Of a stretch of DNA of 64,000 bases, positions 50,923-64,000 are shown piece by piece. The stretch is taken from assembly GCF_020745735.1 (NCBI RefSeq), contig NC_083403.1, positions 98,356,378 to 98,420,377 on the forward strand, written 5' to 3'. The notes beneath the pieces are model-generated. The model saw only the letters and a list, made by a program, of their open reading frames with translations. It ran no database searches and was not told where the DNA came from. The number at the start of each line of letters is the position of its first letter. Positions within the stretch are counted from its first letter, which is position 1. The stretch comes from Hemiscyllium ocellatum. Lineage: Eukaryota. The position numbers were made by a program, and so were the translations under genes.

Positions 50923-53900
50923 GACCCAGTAGGTTTGAGTCGACAGAGCTCTGCCCAAGACTCAGGCAAAGTGGGGTGCCCACCCTCACATCACCTGTTA
51001 AATTACTCCAAATGGCCAAGAGTGCTCGGCAAAAGCTATTTTGCTTCAAACTTTAACAGTTTGGTGCTTTTTTAAATGACTAAGAACAAAAACCTCTCTC
51101 AGTTCGCAACATGCAGGGACCCCCTCCCTACCCCCATGCCCCCCACCCCCACAATGGCACCTACCACTACTGAAATTGGAGTCAAATACTGGAGTTGGAG
51201 CTGGGCCAAGTGCGGGTTGACCGGGCCCACCGGGTTGCTATGTGCAGGCCCGGGTCGTACCAACACCCCCGCCTGGTTCTAGTTTGACTTCAATGTTACA
51301 GGGAAAAACAAATGCTGCTGGAGGCCTCCAGAGTTTGGGGAAGGATCCCCATGCCATGATGTACAAGGGCTCCAAGATCACTTTGTTTCGGGACTTTTCT
51401 CCGATTATGGTCCGCAAGAGGAGGGCATTCGATGAGGCAAAGAAGCGTCTGAGAAACTTGAATATTCAATATTCTACGCAATATCCGGCATTGCTGCGCT
51501 TCAGTCATGGATGATCTGTATATAACTTTGGATCACTGGCGAAAGTAAAGGAATTCCTGGATGCTCTCAAATAGACTGCGGGACTTGAACTGTATGGATA
51601 ATGACTTTATTTTGCTCTACCCCCCTTTATCTATCCTTATATCTTTTTCCATCTTTGACTGGGTGGGGTAGGGGAGCTTTTCCTTTCTCTTTCTTTGGTC
51701 TCTTATCTATAGCTCATGCGGCTTATTTGATTATTGGGGGATGTTTCTGTGTGGGATTTTCTTTCTTTTCTCTTATTTAGTTGCCTGATACTTGCTGGGT
51801 TTGTAATTTTGTAATCTTACATAACTCTATTTTGTGTTGTTTTGATAAGCGTATCTAGGTGATTGTGTGTGGCGGGGGGTTGGTTACCCACTTTTAACTC
51901 CTGTTTTATCAGACACTGGAATTTATTTACTCTACTTTGTAATGCCTGGGCAGAGGGCAGGGCCCTAGCTGGGAGAGGTTACGATGGGGTTATTGGAAGG
52001 TAGTAGTGCCCCCCGTGAGCTAGGGGGAAAGTCTCCTTTTAAATATGCTTTATGTTATTTTCATGTAGGAGTAGTTTTTAATTAATTTGATTCAACGGCT
52101 TTAAAGAGTTTTTTTTAACGTGTGAATTTTTTTTGGTCTTTATTCAGTGTCTTTTAGGTGGGGTTCTTCCTCCTGGTGGGGGGTCTTGGGCCTGCCTGGA
52201 CGATCATGGCTAGCCATTTGTTTAGGTGGTGCACGTGGAATGTCAAGGGGAGCCATTTGCCAATCAAAAGGAAAATGATATTATCAAGTCTTAAAAAAGA
52301 AAGGGTTAATGTAGCTCTTTTACAGGAGACACATCAGATAAGGAGCATTCGAAGCTGCAACAGATTGTGTTTGGCCAGGTGTTCTTTCCATCTTTCAGCT
52401 CAAAAAGTAGGGGAGTAGCCATTCTTATTCCATAGAGTCTTCCCTTCCAAATGCTAAGCCAGGTAAAGGATATGCCTGGACAATATATATTGATTAAAGC
52501 CCTAATATATGGAGAGGAATACAGGATTTTGAATTTGTATAGCCTCATGGCACACCCTTCTAAATTTGTAACGGAAGTATTCTCTAAGTCGATGGCTCTC
52601 GGGGTCCGCCATACAATTATAAAGGAAGATTTTAATTGTATTATTAACCCATAGACGAACAGGATACCTAGGACTCTGCGGGCATATCCCTGAGATTTGA
52701 ACAGTGAGCAGGGGCTGGTAGATGTGTGAAGGTGTATCCATCCTGACGGTACAGACTTTACTTTCTATTCTAACCCATACAAGTGCCATACTAGAATCGA
52801 CATGTTCTTTGTCCCCTCGACCCTTTTGAACTCAATACTGTCATGTAAGATAGGTAACATAACTATTTCTGATCATGCCACAGTATACATGGAAGTTAAG
52901 ACTAGTGATGATGGGATAGGTCCCTGACATTGGTCTACGGACCCTTTCTTATTGAAGGATAACAAGTTAATAAAATATTTTTCTCAGGCATTTAAAAGCT
53001 TCTGAGATATCAACTCAGGTACGGCCAGTAACCCTTCGATGTGGGAGACTGCCAAGGCATACGCGCGAGGCTTGATCATCTCATATTCTGCGACCCGGAA
53101 AAGACAAAAGGGAGAGCAACAGCATCTGCTCAAGGCTTGCCTGAAGGCAGCTAAAACTGTGTATGTTGATAGGCCCTCCATTACTAAGCTTCAGAGGATC
53201 ACAGCCCTTAGGGCAGCCTTGAATACCGCACTTACTCAAACAGCAAAGAGGGAGATATTATTCGCGAAGCAGATATTATTTGAATACGGTGACAAGCCCT
53301 GCAGGTATCTAGTGTACATTGCCAGGAAGAAAAAAGCTCCCCAAGCCATTACGTCTATTAGAGAGAATGCTGATGCCCTGACTTGTAATCATAAAAAGAC
53401 CAATGCAGCCTTGAGAAAGTTCTATTTTGAATTGTATATAGCAGGACTGAGAGGATGGAACTAGCAAGATGGAGTCTTTCTTTAAAATTCTGGCCCTTCT
53501 CGGCCTAACCTCAGAGCAGGTGTCGCTCTTGAATGTCCTACTGACAACCCAGGAGGTACAGGAGGCTGTTAGGCAGCTTCAGATTGGCAAAACGCCTGGA
53601 CCAGACAGATTCCAGGCTGAGTTCTATAAAGAATTTATTGGGGAAATGACCAGGCCACTCATAAGCCTTCATTGAGAGAAGCAAATATTTCTCTCATCCT
53701 TAAGAGGGGAAAGGCCCCAGAAGACTGCTCTTCATATAGACCAATATCCGTGTTAAATGTGAATTTTAAAATTCTCTCAAAAACGTTAGCATTAAGACTG
53801 GGGAGCGTTTTACCATTCATTATAAAAGAGGACCAGACGGGGTTTATAAAGGGTCGCAGGTCAACTAGTAACATTAGAAGAGTCTTAAATATGGTACACG

Positions 53901-54567
53901 CCTGCCAGCAGGGAGCGATATCGGGCTTAGTTGTCTCCCTTGATGCAGAGAAGGCATTCGATCAGATAGAATGGCCATATCTTTTCTATACGCTGGAACG
54001 GTTTGGTGTTGGAGAAGTCTTGACTAAATGGGTTTCAGTACTGTATAATGATCCCAAAGCAATGGTAATCACTGACGGTTTAAGTTGAGATAGCTTTAGA
54101 GTTGGCAGTTTTCGCCAGGGATGCCCTCTCTTACCATTATTATTTATGCTGGTGATTGAACTGCTGGCGGAAGCTACATGAACTGACCCAAACATAACGG
54201 CCCTGGAGGTTGGATCAGGCAAGCACAAAATTACTCTTTCTGCGGATGATGACCTTTTCTTAAGTGATGTTTTTACATCTGTGCGCTGCTTAATTCAAGT
54301 GGTCAATTTATTTGGTACATTTTCAGGTTACAAAATCAATTTTGTGAAATTGGAGGTCATGCCGTTTGGAGGCCTTGCCAGTATATCCAATTTTTTGGAC
54401 TGATCTCGTTGTCCCCTTCGGTGGTCACTAGAAGGTCTTCTGTACTTAGGCATTTTTATTAATCCGATATTTGGTCAGTTATATAAAGCCAATTATACAC
54501 ACTTATTAGAGGAAATAAGGCAGGACCATCAACGCTGGGAAGATTTCCCAATATTTTGGGAAATTTG

Positions 54568-54884
54568 TGGGCAGCACAGTGGTACAGTGGTTAGCACTGC
54601 TGCCTCACAGCGCCAGAGACCCGGGTTCAATTCCCACCTCGGGCGACTGACTGTATGGAGTTTGCACATTCTTCCCGCGTCTGTGTGGGTTTCCTCCGGG
54701 TGCTCCGGTTTCCTCCCACAATCCAAAAATGTGCAGATTAGGTGAATTGGCCATGCTAAATTGCCCGTAGTGTTAGGTGAAGGGGTAAATGTAGGGGTAT
54801 ACGTCTGGGTGGATTGAGCCTCAGCGGGTTGGTGTGGACTTGTTGGGCCGAAGGGCCTGTTTCCACACTGTAAGTAATCTAATT
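54568..54884 (+). mobile_element. Full-length HE1/V-SINE inserted in L1 ORF2
   Basis: A box GTGGTACAGTGGTTAGC, B box GGTTCAATTCC, V-domain, CR1-shared tail GGGCCGAAGGGCCTGTTTCC; flanking ATTTTGG repeat. Confidence 0.9.
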
Positions 54885-57299
54885 TTGGCTAGGCAGAGTA
54901 GCCTTCGTTAAGATGAATATTCTACCTCAGCTTTTTTTCCTATGAGAATGCTCCCTTTGATGCTGCCGAGACAGGCGTTGTGTAAGCTTTACGCTTGGCT
55001 CGCCTTTGTTTGGAATCATAGACAGCCCCTTATCAAATTAGAAAAGCTGCAGCTTCCACAAGTAAAGGGAGGGTTGGACTTTCCAGATTTCAGGAGTTAC
55101 CAGTTGAGCTCCCTATTAACATATGTACCTCATTGGGTCTCTTGTGACCCACAGTCAACCTGGTTAGATGTTGAGACTTCCCAAGCAAAATGTTCCCATA
55201 TCAATCTACTATTTATGGACAAGATGAGAGTTATTACAGACTTTTGTAAAAACCCTATTGTATACAATCAAAGCCTGGAAGATAATGTGACAAGATGAGG
55301 GTAACCAGTAAAAAAAACTTCCCCTTGTACCCCCATAGTGGGAACATTAGGATTCCAGCCAGGGTTGACCGATACTACATTCAAAATTGGGGAGTCCAGA
55401 AGTATCTCCTGTTAGGGAGATCTGTTCGATGGGGAGCTCATGATGTCCTTCGAGCAGCTGCGCCTGAAGCTTGGATTGCCCAGCAAAGACCTCTTTCGGT
55501 ATTTCCAAATACAAGATTTTATACAAAAGAAGACCACGCTGATAGTCAATCCTTATAAATTGGATCGGGAAAGGAGAGTGCTTGGCCGATGGGGCCACCC
55601 TCGATTAGTACTCTCCACCACTTACTATGCAGTTAGGTATTGAAGGACATGGAACAGTTATATAAAACCTGGAGTCAAGCATTAGAGTTGGAAATCTCTT
55701 TAGAAATGTGGGAGGACATCTGGGGAAATGCCAGGAAGGTCTCTATCTGTAACAAAACTCAGGCTACTCAACTGAAGATACTACACAGGGCTCACATGGC
55801 ACCTGAACGTCTCACAATGTGTCCTAAATGCAAAGTCGAAGTTGGTACTCTCATGCACTGTCTGTGGACATGCCATAAGGTCCACAGGTATTGGGACAGA
55901 ATAGCGAATGCCTTGACAAAGACTTCAGGTACGGAGATTGGATTGGATTCAGTGTCCCTACTTTTGGGCTCCCCAAATTTTCCCTCTCTGGATGTAAACG
56001 GGAGGAAATTATTTACTATCCTTTCCTTTTGTGCGAGGAAAAATATTTTAGTGAATTGGGTATCCGAAGGTCCTCCAGTACTTTTAAATTGGCCCAGGAT
56101 AGTCATGGAATATATTCCCCTTGACTTCTTTATGAATATGGTGCACCAAAAAACAGAATTATTTTATAGAACATGGCAGCCCATTTTGAACTAAACAGAC
56201 ACAGATATTTCGGCTATATCGTCCAGGGCTTTTGCTTAACTATGGTAATGGTCCCGGCTGGTTCAGGGGCCTTGACTTGATATAAATCTATTTTGAGCAT
56301 GTATCTAGTTATTTATTTACCTTTTTGTTTATTGTTAGTAATGTATGATATCCTATTTTATGGTTTTGTCGTTTGTAGAACAGATTAGTAGTTAGTTTTT
56401 TTAGTTTTATTTTGGTGTTGTTATATTGTAAAGTGGACTACATTACTTTGTATTATTTTTGTAATTTTGTAAAAAAAATTAAAATCTTTCTTAATAAAAA
56501 TATCTATTTAAAAAAAAACAATATTCTGTGGTTTTCACTCAACTACCAATGGGAATTATTTCTAACTGCTCAGTCTTGACTCTTCATGAATTTGAATACT
56601 GCCAAATAAATCTAAGAGTTTACAAATAGCTGTTGCAAATGAACAAACAACAGCAACACCAGTCAAAGAAAACCTCTGAAAGCCCAAGTTCTCTTTCCAC
56701 AGACATATATTTGAATTTGCACCAAATTAACAGTGAAAACTATTTAGTGTCCAGGTAGTATTTAATTCTGCACAAATACATTTAAATTCATTCCAAATAT
56801 TTTATTTGCTATATTTCTGGTCTTCCCAATAATGAATACTGCTTCACCAACCTCTCAAAAGTGTAATCAAAACAGAAAATGTTAGAAATATTCAGCTAGA
56901 CTGACAATAGAAGTTACCTCACTCAAAACTAGACTAATTTAAAGATAACAGATTTTAAGCTGCAGTGATACTGCCACACTTACAGCATTCTGAGCATTTT
57001 TCAGTTTCGATTTCTGATTTCCATCATCTGCAATGGTTCCCTTTTTTGATGTGCAAATTGATCAATCCCTATGTTATATGTGAGTAGAATATGTTCATCA
57101 GGCAATCTGTAGCTTATATTACATGCTTGTGATGTAGAACACAAAGCATTCATGACTGAATTCATTTGAAATATTGGACTGATTGGCTTTGGTTGAGAAG
57201 GTGGGAGGGAGGACAACAGAGGCCTCAATGTCTCTGATACTACCAGAGAAAGAAAATTACCTTTTGAAGTTTTAAACTCCAGAGAAATTACACCCATCT

Positions 57300-57860
57300 C
57301 TCCTCACATTCATGGTGTCATCCCAGGAAGTAATCTAATGAGCCATTATTAATTTATCCTCCAAGACCATCTTATCCTTCCTTAGGTGCAGAGATCAAAA
57401 CTGTACACAGTGGTCTAAATGTAACATGAAAACTCTGTACAATTGCAGCAAGATTAATATTCTTATACTTCTACCCACTTGAAATAAATTTTGCCATAAG
57501 ATTTATCTTCCTTGCTGTAATTGCTTGCTATACCCACTGACATGATAACATGCTGCATTGCACGTACAAAGTACTCTGTTCCTTCTGATGCATAACGTTT
57601 ACAAAGTTAAAAAGAAGTTTTTGTATTGAAAGTTAATAATTTCAAATTTCCTGTGTTGCACTCCATATGCCACCTCATTGCTTAATCTAAATCCTTTTGC
57701 AAATTTTGCATCATTTTCAGAGTTTGCTTCTCCACATAGCTTTGTAACATCAGCAAAATTAGATGAAGTGCAGGGTTTCATTTATACATGTATTGTCAAT
57801 GGCTAAGATGGAGCATTGATCCTTCTAACACTTGACTAGTAACTGACCATCAAGCTGAAA
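57300..57860 (-). mobile_element. Old CR1 remnant
   Basis: SNFADVTKLCG (ORF 57599-57781) is a decayed FADDTKL motif. Confidence 0.6.
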
Positions 57861-60478
57861 ATGGAAAGCAGTTCTTAAGTTTTAAAAATGGTATAACAAT
57901 TGAGAAAAGCTGAATTATCATTCAAAAAACCTTTATATTTCACAACCAACAGGCAATTCAATTGATTCTTAGCCAAAATTAAAATGTACAAGTATATCTA
58001 ATTTCAGCTCTTTGAGCAGAAGTCAGTGTAAAAGAAGAACAAGCGGAAAAACTATGATTATAATAGGAGATACCTCCCGCTTCCGCACCACCCCACACCC
58101 CATCGTACAACCACAAGTCACCTCATCAATAGATACTAAAGTTAAAGGCTTCTACAGTGCGATGTGTGCTTTGTTTAGGTGATGGGTGATTATTCCATTT
58201 TCACACAAAATTGCACTATATCTAGCATCCTTTTCTCTCTCATTGTTATCATAAGCTTCTTGACGAATTTCACTATTACTACAGTTCCAACCTTTGAATT
58301 AATTTACAATTAGTCTAATGTTTTTAATGTAAAATTCTGAAAGATCACTATGAAGAGTCAATAATTTGTTTTATTCCATTCAACAATATGAGATTTTCTG
58401 AATCACAAAATCCAAATTTCTAACTGTTATGTTGTGTGACAGGAAATAAAGTTTAAAAGTCAATTGAATTTTTAGCATATGGCATTGAACAACCCTCAAG
58501 ATTAATATGTCATTAGTTTTCCAAGATATAGAAATGCGAATCAGAAATATAAATGGGCAAAGAAACTTCTCCGCAAACAAATGAACAGTACCGATCAACA
58601 AAATACTTTGCATAATTTGATGAAATGAACTTCAATACTTGCAGCTGTTGAATTATTTAAAACTTGGTTCTTTAGTTCTGTAACGATATGCAAATCTGCA
58701 GAACTTGCATACTTTACGTACAAAGAACTTTTTTTGGAACAAAATCAGTTAGGAACACAAGAATAAGTGTAGACCATTAAGTCCCTCAAGCATTTTCCAC
58801 ACTTATTGTGATTACAGCTGATCCGTATTAGGATTCTTTTGACCAATAAAAAAAATGATGATTTCATTATTGGAAATCCCAAAAATCTCAAAACCTTTTG
58901 GAGAAGTAGTTTCCACATTTGCATGAACATTTCTGTGGAAGTGCTTCTTGACTTCACCCTTAAATGGTTTAACAATCTTTAAAATTATACTCCCTTAGTC
59001 TAGATTTTTCGTTCAGAAAAAAATTTATCTATTTGTTATTTTAATTACCTCTATGAGATCATCCATCAACTTTTTCAATTCATTGAACAGAAACTAGCCT
59101 TTCTTAATAATGCTATACACCTCAATATAACTCTGGTGTATACATGCAGGACCCTCTACAAAGACAACATTTTTGTGTGGTCCAATGTCCAAAGTGAAAG
59201 TACTTCCTTAGTTTCATACTCCAACTCAAGAGATAATAAAATAAAATTCCATTACTCTTTCTGATTACTGTTGATATGCATGAAGACAGGGTTTAATGAA
59301 CTGAGCATAAATCCCTCTACTCCTTATAGTTCCCAGTCATTTAACATTAAGAAATTAATTCATTGGTGTTCCTCAATATCAATGCAGATTAGACAGAGCT
59401 TAAAATTAAATTAATCTGTTATTGCTTTACCCATGTAATGTATTTCAGTTTGTAACTATGCCTCCAAACTTGGTTATGTAATTCCCTCTTGCCACATACG
59501 ATCAGAAACTTAGCCATTAGCTTGTCATATAGTGAGAACTACTAGGAAGGGTCACTGAACCAGAAGTGTTAGCTCTGATTTCTCTCCACAGATGCTGCAA
59601 GACTTGCTGAGCTTTTCCAGCAATTTCTATTTTTGTTTCAAAATGGATACAGACTGAAATCGTCTTGTTAATTCATCATTGTTTAGTAATCGTCTCCCCT
59701 CCACTTCTTTTAAATGGGTCCACATTCACAAACTTAGTTTTCCAAAATATTCATAAAACCATTTACTGTTAACTTTCATATGATTTTTAAATTTTTTTTT
59801 CACCACCCTAATAATTTCACAAAGCTATAGTTTCTCTGGCTTGCTGGATTTCCACATTTCCTTGGAAGGCTTGTCTTTTCACTGAATCTTGAATTATTTT
59901 GGTGCAGAAGGAGGCCCATTGAGTTCCCTACTTCTAACAAATTTTCTCTTTTTCTCAATTTCTTCAACGGGTCCTCATTATCGAGTGTCTCATTCATGGA
60001 ACCATTTTTGTAAACTACCTCCCCATTCTCTCCAATACCTTCACATTGTTCTTATAGTGCAGTGCCCAAACCGGTTCACAATACTCCTGCCAACATCTAA
60101 CCAATGTCTTACATAAAGTTTAACATAATATCATTGCTTTTGTACTCCAACTCTGTTTATGAGGTTTAGAACAGTGTCCTTTATCAACAGTTCTCTGTAG
60201 GAATCCTACCTCCTTTAATAATTCGTGCACATATACGCTCAGGTGTCTTTGCTCTTTTTTATATTAGTCTATGTTCTCTGTACCAAAGCGCACTCTTTAC
60301 CCCTCTATGCATTGATGTTCATCTACCATATATCTACCCATTTCACCAGGTTCAATGTCTTTTGCAGTTCTACACTGTCCTCCTCACAATTTATAATTAT
60401 AAGTTTGGTGTTGCCCACAAACTTTGAAATTATTCCCTGCGTACCAAGGCTTGGACCAGACATGCATAGGTCTATATT

Positions 60479-61808
60479 GTTGTGGTTCTGTTCGCTGAGC
60501 TGGGAATTTGTGTTGCAGATGTTTCGTCCCCTGTCTAGGTGACATCCTCAGTGCTTAGGAGTCTCCTGTGAAGCGCTTCTGTGATCTTTCCTCCAGCATT
60601 TGTAGTGGTTTGAATCTGCCGCTTCCGGTTGTCAGTTCCAGCTGTCCGTTGCAGTGGCCGGTATATTGGGTCCAGATTGATGTGCTTATTGATTGAATCT
60701 GTGGATGAGTGCCATGCCTCTAGGAATTCCCTGGCTGTTCTCGGTTTGGTTTGTCCTATAATAGTAGTGTTGTCCCAGTCAAATTCATGTTGCTGGTCAT
60801 CTGCGTGTGTGGCTACTAAGGATAGCTGGTCGTGTCATTTCGTGGCTAGTTGGTGATCATAGATGCAGATCGTTAGCTGTCTTCCTGTTTGTCCTATGTA
60901 GTGTTTTGTGCAGTCCTTGCATGGGATTTTGTACACTACATTGGTTTTGCTCATGCTGGCTGTCGGGTCCTTTGTTCTGGTAAGTTGTTGTCTGAGAGTG
61001 GCTGTTGGTTTGTGTGTTGTTATGAGTTCTAGTGGTCACAGTAGTCTGGCTGTTAGTTCGGAAATGCTTTTGATGTGTGGCTAGTCCTTTGGGTTGTGGC
61101 ATGTCCTCGTTCCGTTGTCTTTCCCTTAGGCATCTGTTGATGAAATTGCGCGGGTATCCGTTTTTGGACACACATCAAACATTTCCGAACTGACAGCCAG
61201 ACTACTGCGACCACTAGGACTCATAATAGCACACAAACCAACAGCCACTCTCAGACAACAACTCACCAGAACAAAGGACCCGACAGCCAGCGTGAGCAAA
61301 ACCAATGTAGTGTGCAAAATCCCATGCAAGGACTGCACAACACACTACATAGGACAAACGGGAAGACAACTAACGATTCGCATCCATGAACACCAACTAG
61401 CCACGAAACGACACGACCAGCTATCCTTAGTAGCCACACACGCAGATGACGAGCAACATGAATTCGACTGGGACAACACTACTATTATAGGACAAGCCAA
61501 ACAGAGAACAGCCAGGGAATTCCTAGAGGCATGGCACTCATCCACAGATTCAATCAATAAGCACATCGATCTGGACCCAATATACCGGCCACTGCAATGG
61601 ACAGCTGGAACTGACAACCGGAAGCAGCAGATTCAAACCACTACAAATGCTGGAGGAAAGATCACAGAAGCGCTTCACAGGAGGCTCCCAAGCACTGAGG
61701 ATGTCACCAAGACAGGGGACGAAACGTCTGCAACACAAATTCTCAGCTCGGCCAACAGAACCACAACAACGAGCACCCGAGCTACAAATCTTCTCTCAAA
61801 CTTTGAAC
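60479..61808. mobile_element. Young inverted pair of Poseidon-type PLE 3' ends (GIY-YIG + pLTR) in PHF3 intron
   Basis: Arms 60479-~61167 (-) and ~61168-61808 (+) are highly similar; VVCKIPCKDCTTHYIGQTGRQLTIRIHEH..REFLEAWHS; TSD AGGYCTATATT at 60468-60478 and 61809-61819. Confidence 0.93.
61692..61731 (+). ncRNA. Minimal hammerhead ribozyme motif, core intact
   Basis: GCA-CTGAGGA-T-GTCACC-AAGACA-GGGGAC-GAAA-C-GTC-TGC; the mirror copy at 60515-60554 has GAAACATC. Confidence 0.8.
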
Positions 61809-62189
61809 AGGCCTATATTCCGGCCCCAAAAAGTACCCATCAATCACCAATGCTTCCTGTTCTTCAGCCTGTTTTGTATCCACATTGCTACTGTCTCTTT
61901 TATTTCATGACCTATAACACTTCCTAAGTCTGCTGTATGTCACTGTATGGAGCGTCTTTTAGAAATCCATGTACACATCAACAGCATTGCCCCAATCAAC
62001 TCTCAACTTTTCAAAATACTCCACAACTTTCCCTTGATACATCCATGCTGATCCTTCCATATTAACCCACATTTTACCTGGAGACTATTATAATATCCCA
62101 AATAATTACTTTGAAAATTTCCTAAAGTTAAACTGACTAGTCAAGATTGCTTGGGTCAGCTTTACAACCATTTTCCAAAAAAGGACATA

Positions 62190-62483
62190 ATTAGATTCCC
62201 TAGAGTGGAAACAGGCCCTTCGGCCCAGCAAATCCACACTGACCCTCCGAAGAGTAACCCGCCCAGACTCATTTCCCTACATTTCCTCCTGACTAATGCA
62301 CCTAACATTATGGGCAATTTAGCATGGCCAATTCACCTGACCTGCACATCCTTTGAAATATGGGAGGAAACCCAAGCAGACATGGGGAGAATGTGCAAAC
62401 TCCAGACAGACAGTCACCCAAGGCGGGAATTGAACCCAGATTCCTGGCACTGAGGTAGCAGTGCAAACCACTGAGCCATCATG
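62190..62483 (-). mobile_element. HE1/V-SINE copy
   Basis: Reverse complement of the SINE consensus with a small internal deletion. Confidence 0.82.
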
Positions 62484-64000
62484 ATACCCTTAACATCTAC
62501 CATTCTCAAATTCTCTGGCAAAAAATCTTTGCAGTGTTTCATCTGGTGACCGCTTCCGCTCTCTTTCACTTTTAGGTTTGCTGGCTGTCTTTGGGTTCTT
62601 CTCTTTAACACTCTCTTAAGCTGGACACCATCACTTGCCATAATTACAATCCTTGGCTCTTACTTATTTTTGTTGAGCCTCTATCTTTTCTATCACATAC
62701 GCATTTTTAATTGCCCCACCTTGTTCTTGAATTAATATCAACATTTTCCATTTTCACTTACTACAGTTTACATGTTGTCCAATGCTTTAGCTGCAAAGAC
62801 AAAGGTTTATCCTCAGTTTAGAGAAGACCATCCAGTCTGAACAACATTCTCAATTGCAAATGTAGCTCCAGAATTCCAACAATCCAATCTCCTCCCTTCG
62901 TGCACTGACAATTTTAATCTTGTTCTCTCAACACATGATACTTGAGAGCACTCCAGAGATTACTATCCTAGAGATACTTCTTTCTAAACTAGAACTTAAG
63001 TTGCCTAGAACCCGTCCTTTCGCAAACACTCAAATTTGCTCCAGTCACCGTCATTACATTATCAAGCATTTCATGATATTTAGCACACATTTTTGGATTT
63101 CTGAGCAGGAAGCAAACATAGCATTAAACAATCTGATTCACACCACAAAATAAACTATCTAGAGCCCTTATTATAAAAACCCTACAACCATTTAGTACTA
63201 CTGATTAATGCATTTACATATAGTGACCCTCCTCTAACATTCTTAATGTCAGCATCACTAAAATATATATAAAGCTGGTTCAGCTCCACAACTATTCTCT
63301 GTCTTCCCTCACCTTCCATTGTTCACCCAGTCTGCCAGTCCTCCTTACCATTTCCTCCACTGCTTGCAATTGGTGATGTGATCTCCCTTTGGAGTATGTT
63401 CTCCAAAATGTTTTCTCCCTCACAAATTTCACAGAGCATGTTCAGTTTGTTCTTCAGCAGGGCAATGCTCTGCTCAAGAAGCACAAGCATCCTATATTTT
63501 ACACATACTTATTACACAAGTCCAGCTGTAAATACATCATGCATGCATGCTACATCAATTGCTCTAGTCTCTAATCCATTCCTTAAGTTTTTTTAAACCA
63601 ATACATTGTTTTTAAACAAGTCATGGTTTTTGCTCATGCTAATTTATCACGTTGAGTAAATACATTTTGAAACTATTTTTGTGTTGTGCTCCTGAAACTT
63701 TTAGAAAATAAAATTGGAGTAGGAATCATCAAATTAAATGAACACTTAACTGTTGATGGCTCTCATGACTCCTTGATGATGGAATAAAACTTACCATTCT
63801 TTTAAAACTTCATATGAAACAATATGTAAATTTCTAAAATATGATTCAATTGAGTCTCACTGTACTTAGCGAATCCAAATTGCAGGGAAAATCCCATCAT
63901 TTATTGACTCAGAAATGCCTTGTAAAAGCAGAGTCGCCTTACTTGATAGCAATCTAATTGGTAGTGACTCCATATGCAAATTTCTGCTTATATTTAGTTT

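Larger units (their letters stand above)
50907..56518 (+). mobile_element. L1-clade LINE with both termini, internally deleted ORF1 and decayed ORF2, antisense in PHF3 intron
   Basis: ORF1 C-terminus KITLFRDFSP..RKRRAFDEAK..YPALLR; ORF2 TWNVKG..LLQETH, SDH, YRPISVLNVNFKILSK, SLDAEKAFD, CPKC..HCLWTC; AATAAA 56493-56498, polyA, TSD AAATCAATGTTCTG / AAAACAATATTCTG. Confidence 0.93.

Noticed and set aside
54568-54645. tRNA-like A/B boxes
   Set aside because: SINE head repeated about nine times in the window, followed by V-domain and LINE tail; not a tRNA gene.
59540-59640. Highly degenerate hammerhead/pLTR-like fragment
   Set aside because: Core nucleotides too eroded to call a ribozyme; no partner arm or TSD established.
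56530-64000. Searched for the preceding PHF3 SPOC exon (remembered DSIQVGGRISPQTVWDY-like)
   Set aside because: Not found by eye; probably beyond the window end. ORF 62414-62641 shows no PHF3 similarity.

Overview
Eukaryotic, repeat-rich vertebrate DNA. The HE1/V-SINE, CR1 and Penelope content points to a cartilaginous fish, probably a shark (inferred). The window spans the tail-to-tail junction of two genes that are also neighbours in human. On the + strand lie the last two exons of EYS (eyes shut homolog). Its terminal exon carries three premature stops, at least three frameshifts, lost EGF cysteines and a large internal deletion, so it looks like a unitary pseudogene. On the - strand lie the last two coding exons of an intact PHF3 (SPOC domain plus a C-terminal 9 x 51-bp Arg/Ser/Glu/Asp repeat). 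Most of the rest is retroelements: a decayed epsilon-like endogenous retrovirus (gag-pro-RT-RNaseH), a near-intact 4-kb Neptune-type Penelope-like element (PLE) with pseudo-LTRs, a 10-bp TSD and hammerhead motifs, and eight head-to-head (palindromic) PLE insertions from about four families. Seven of the eight have 9-16-bp TSDs, and all carry hammerhead-type motifs and an asymmetric 30-40-nt tail. There is also an L1 with both termini (YY1 motif, polyA, TSD), several CR1 LINEs, a Gypsy remnant and many SINEs. Protein assignments come from my own translation and remembered homologous sequences, not from database searches.
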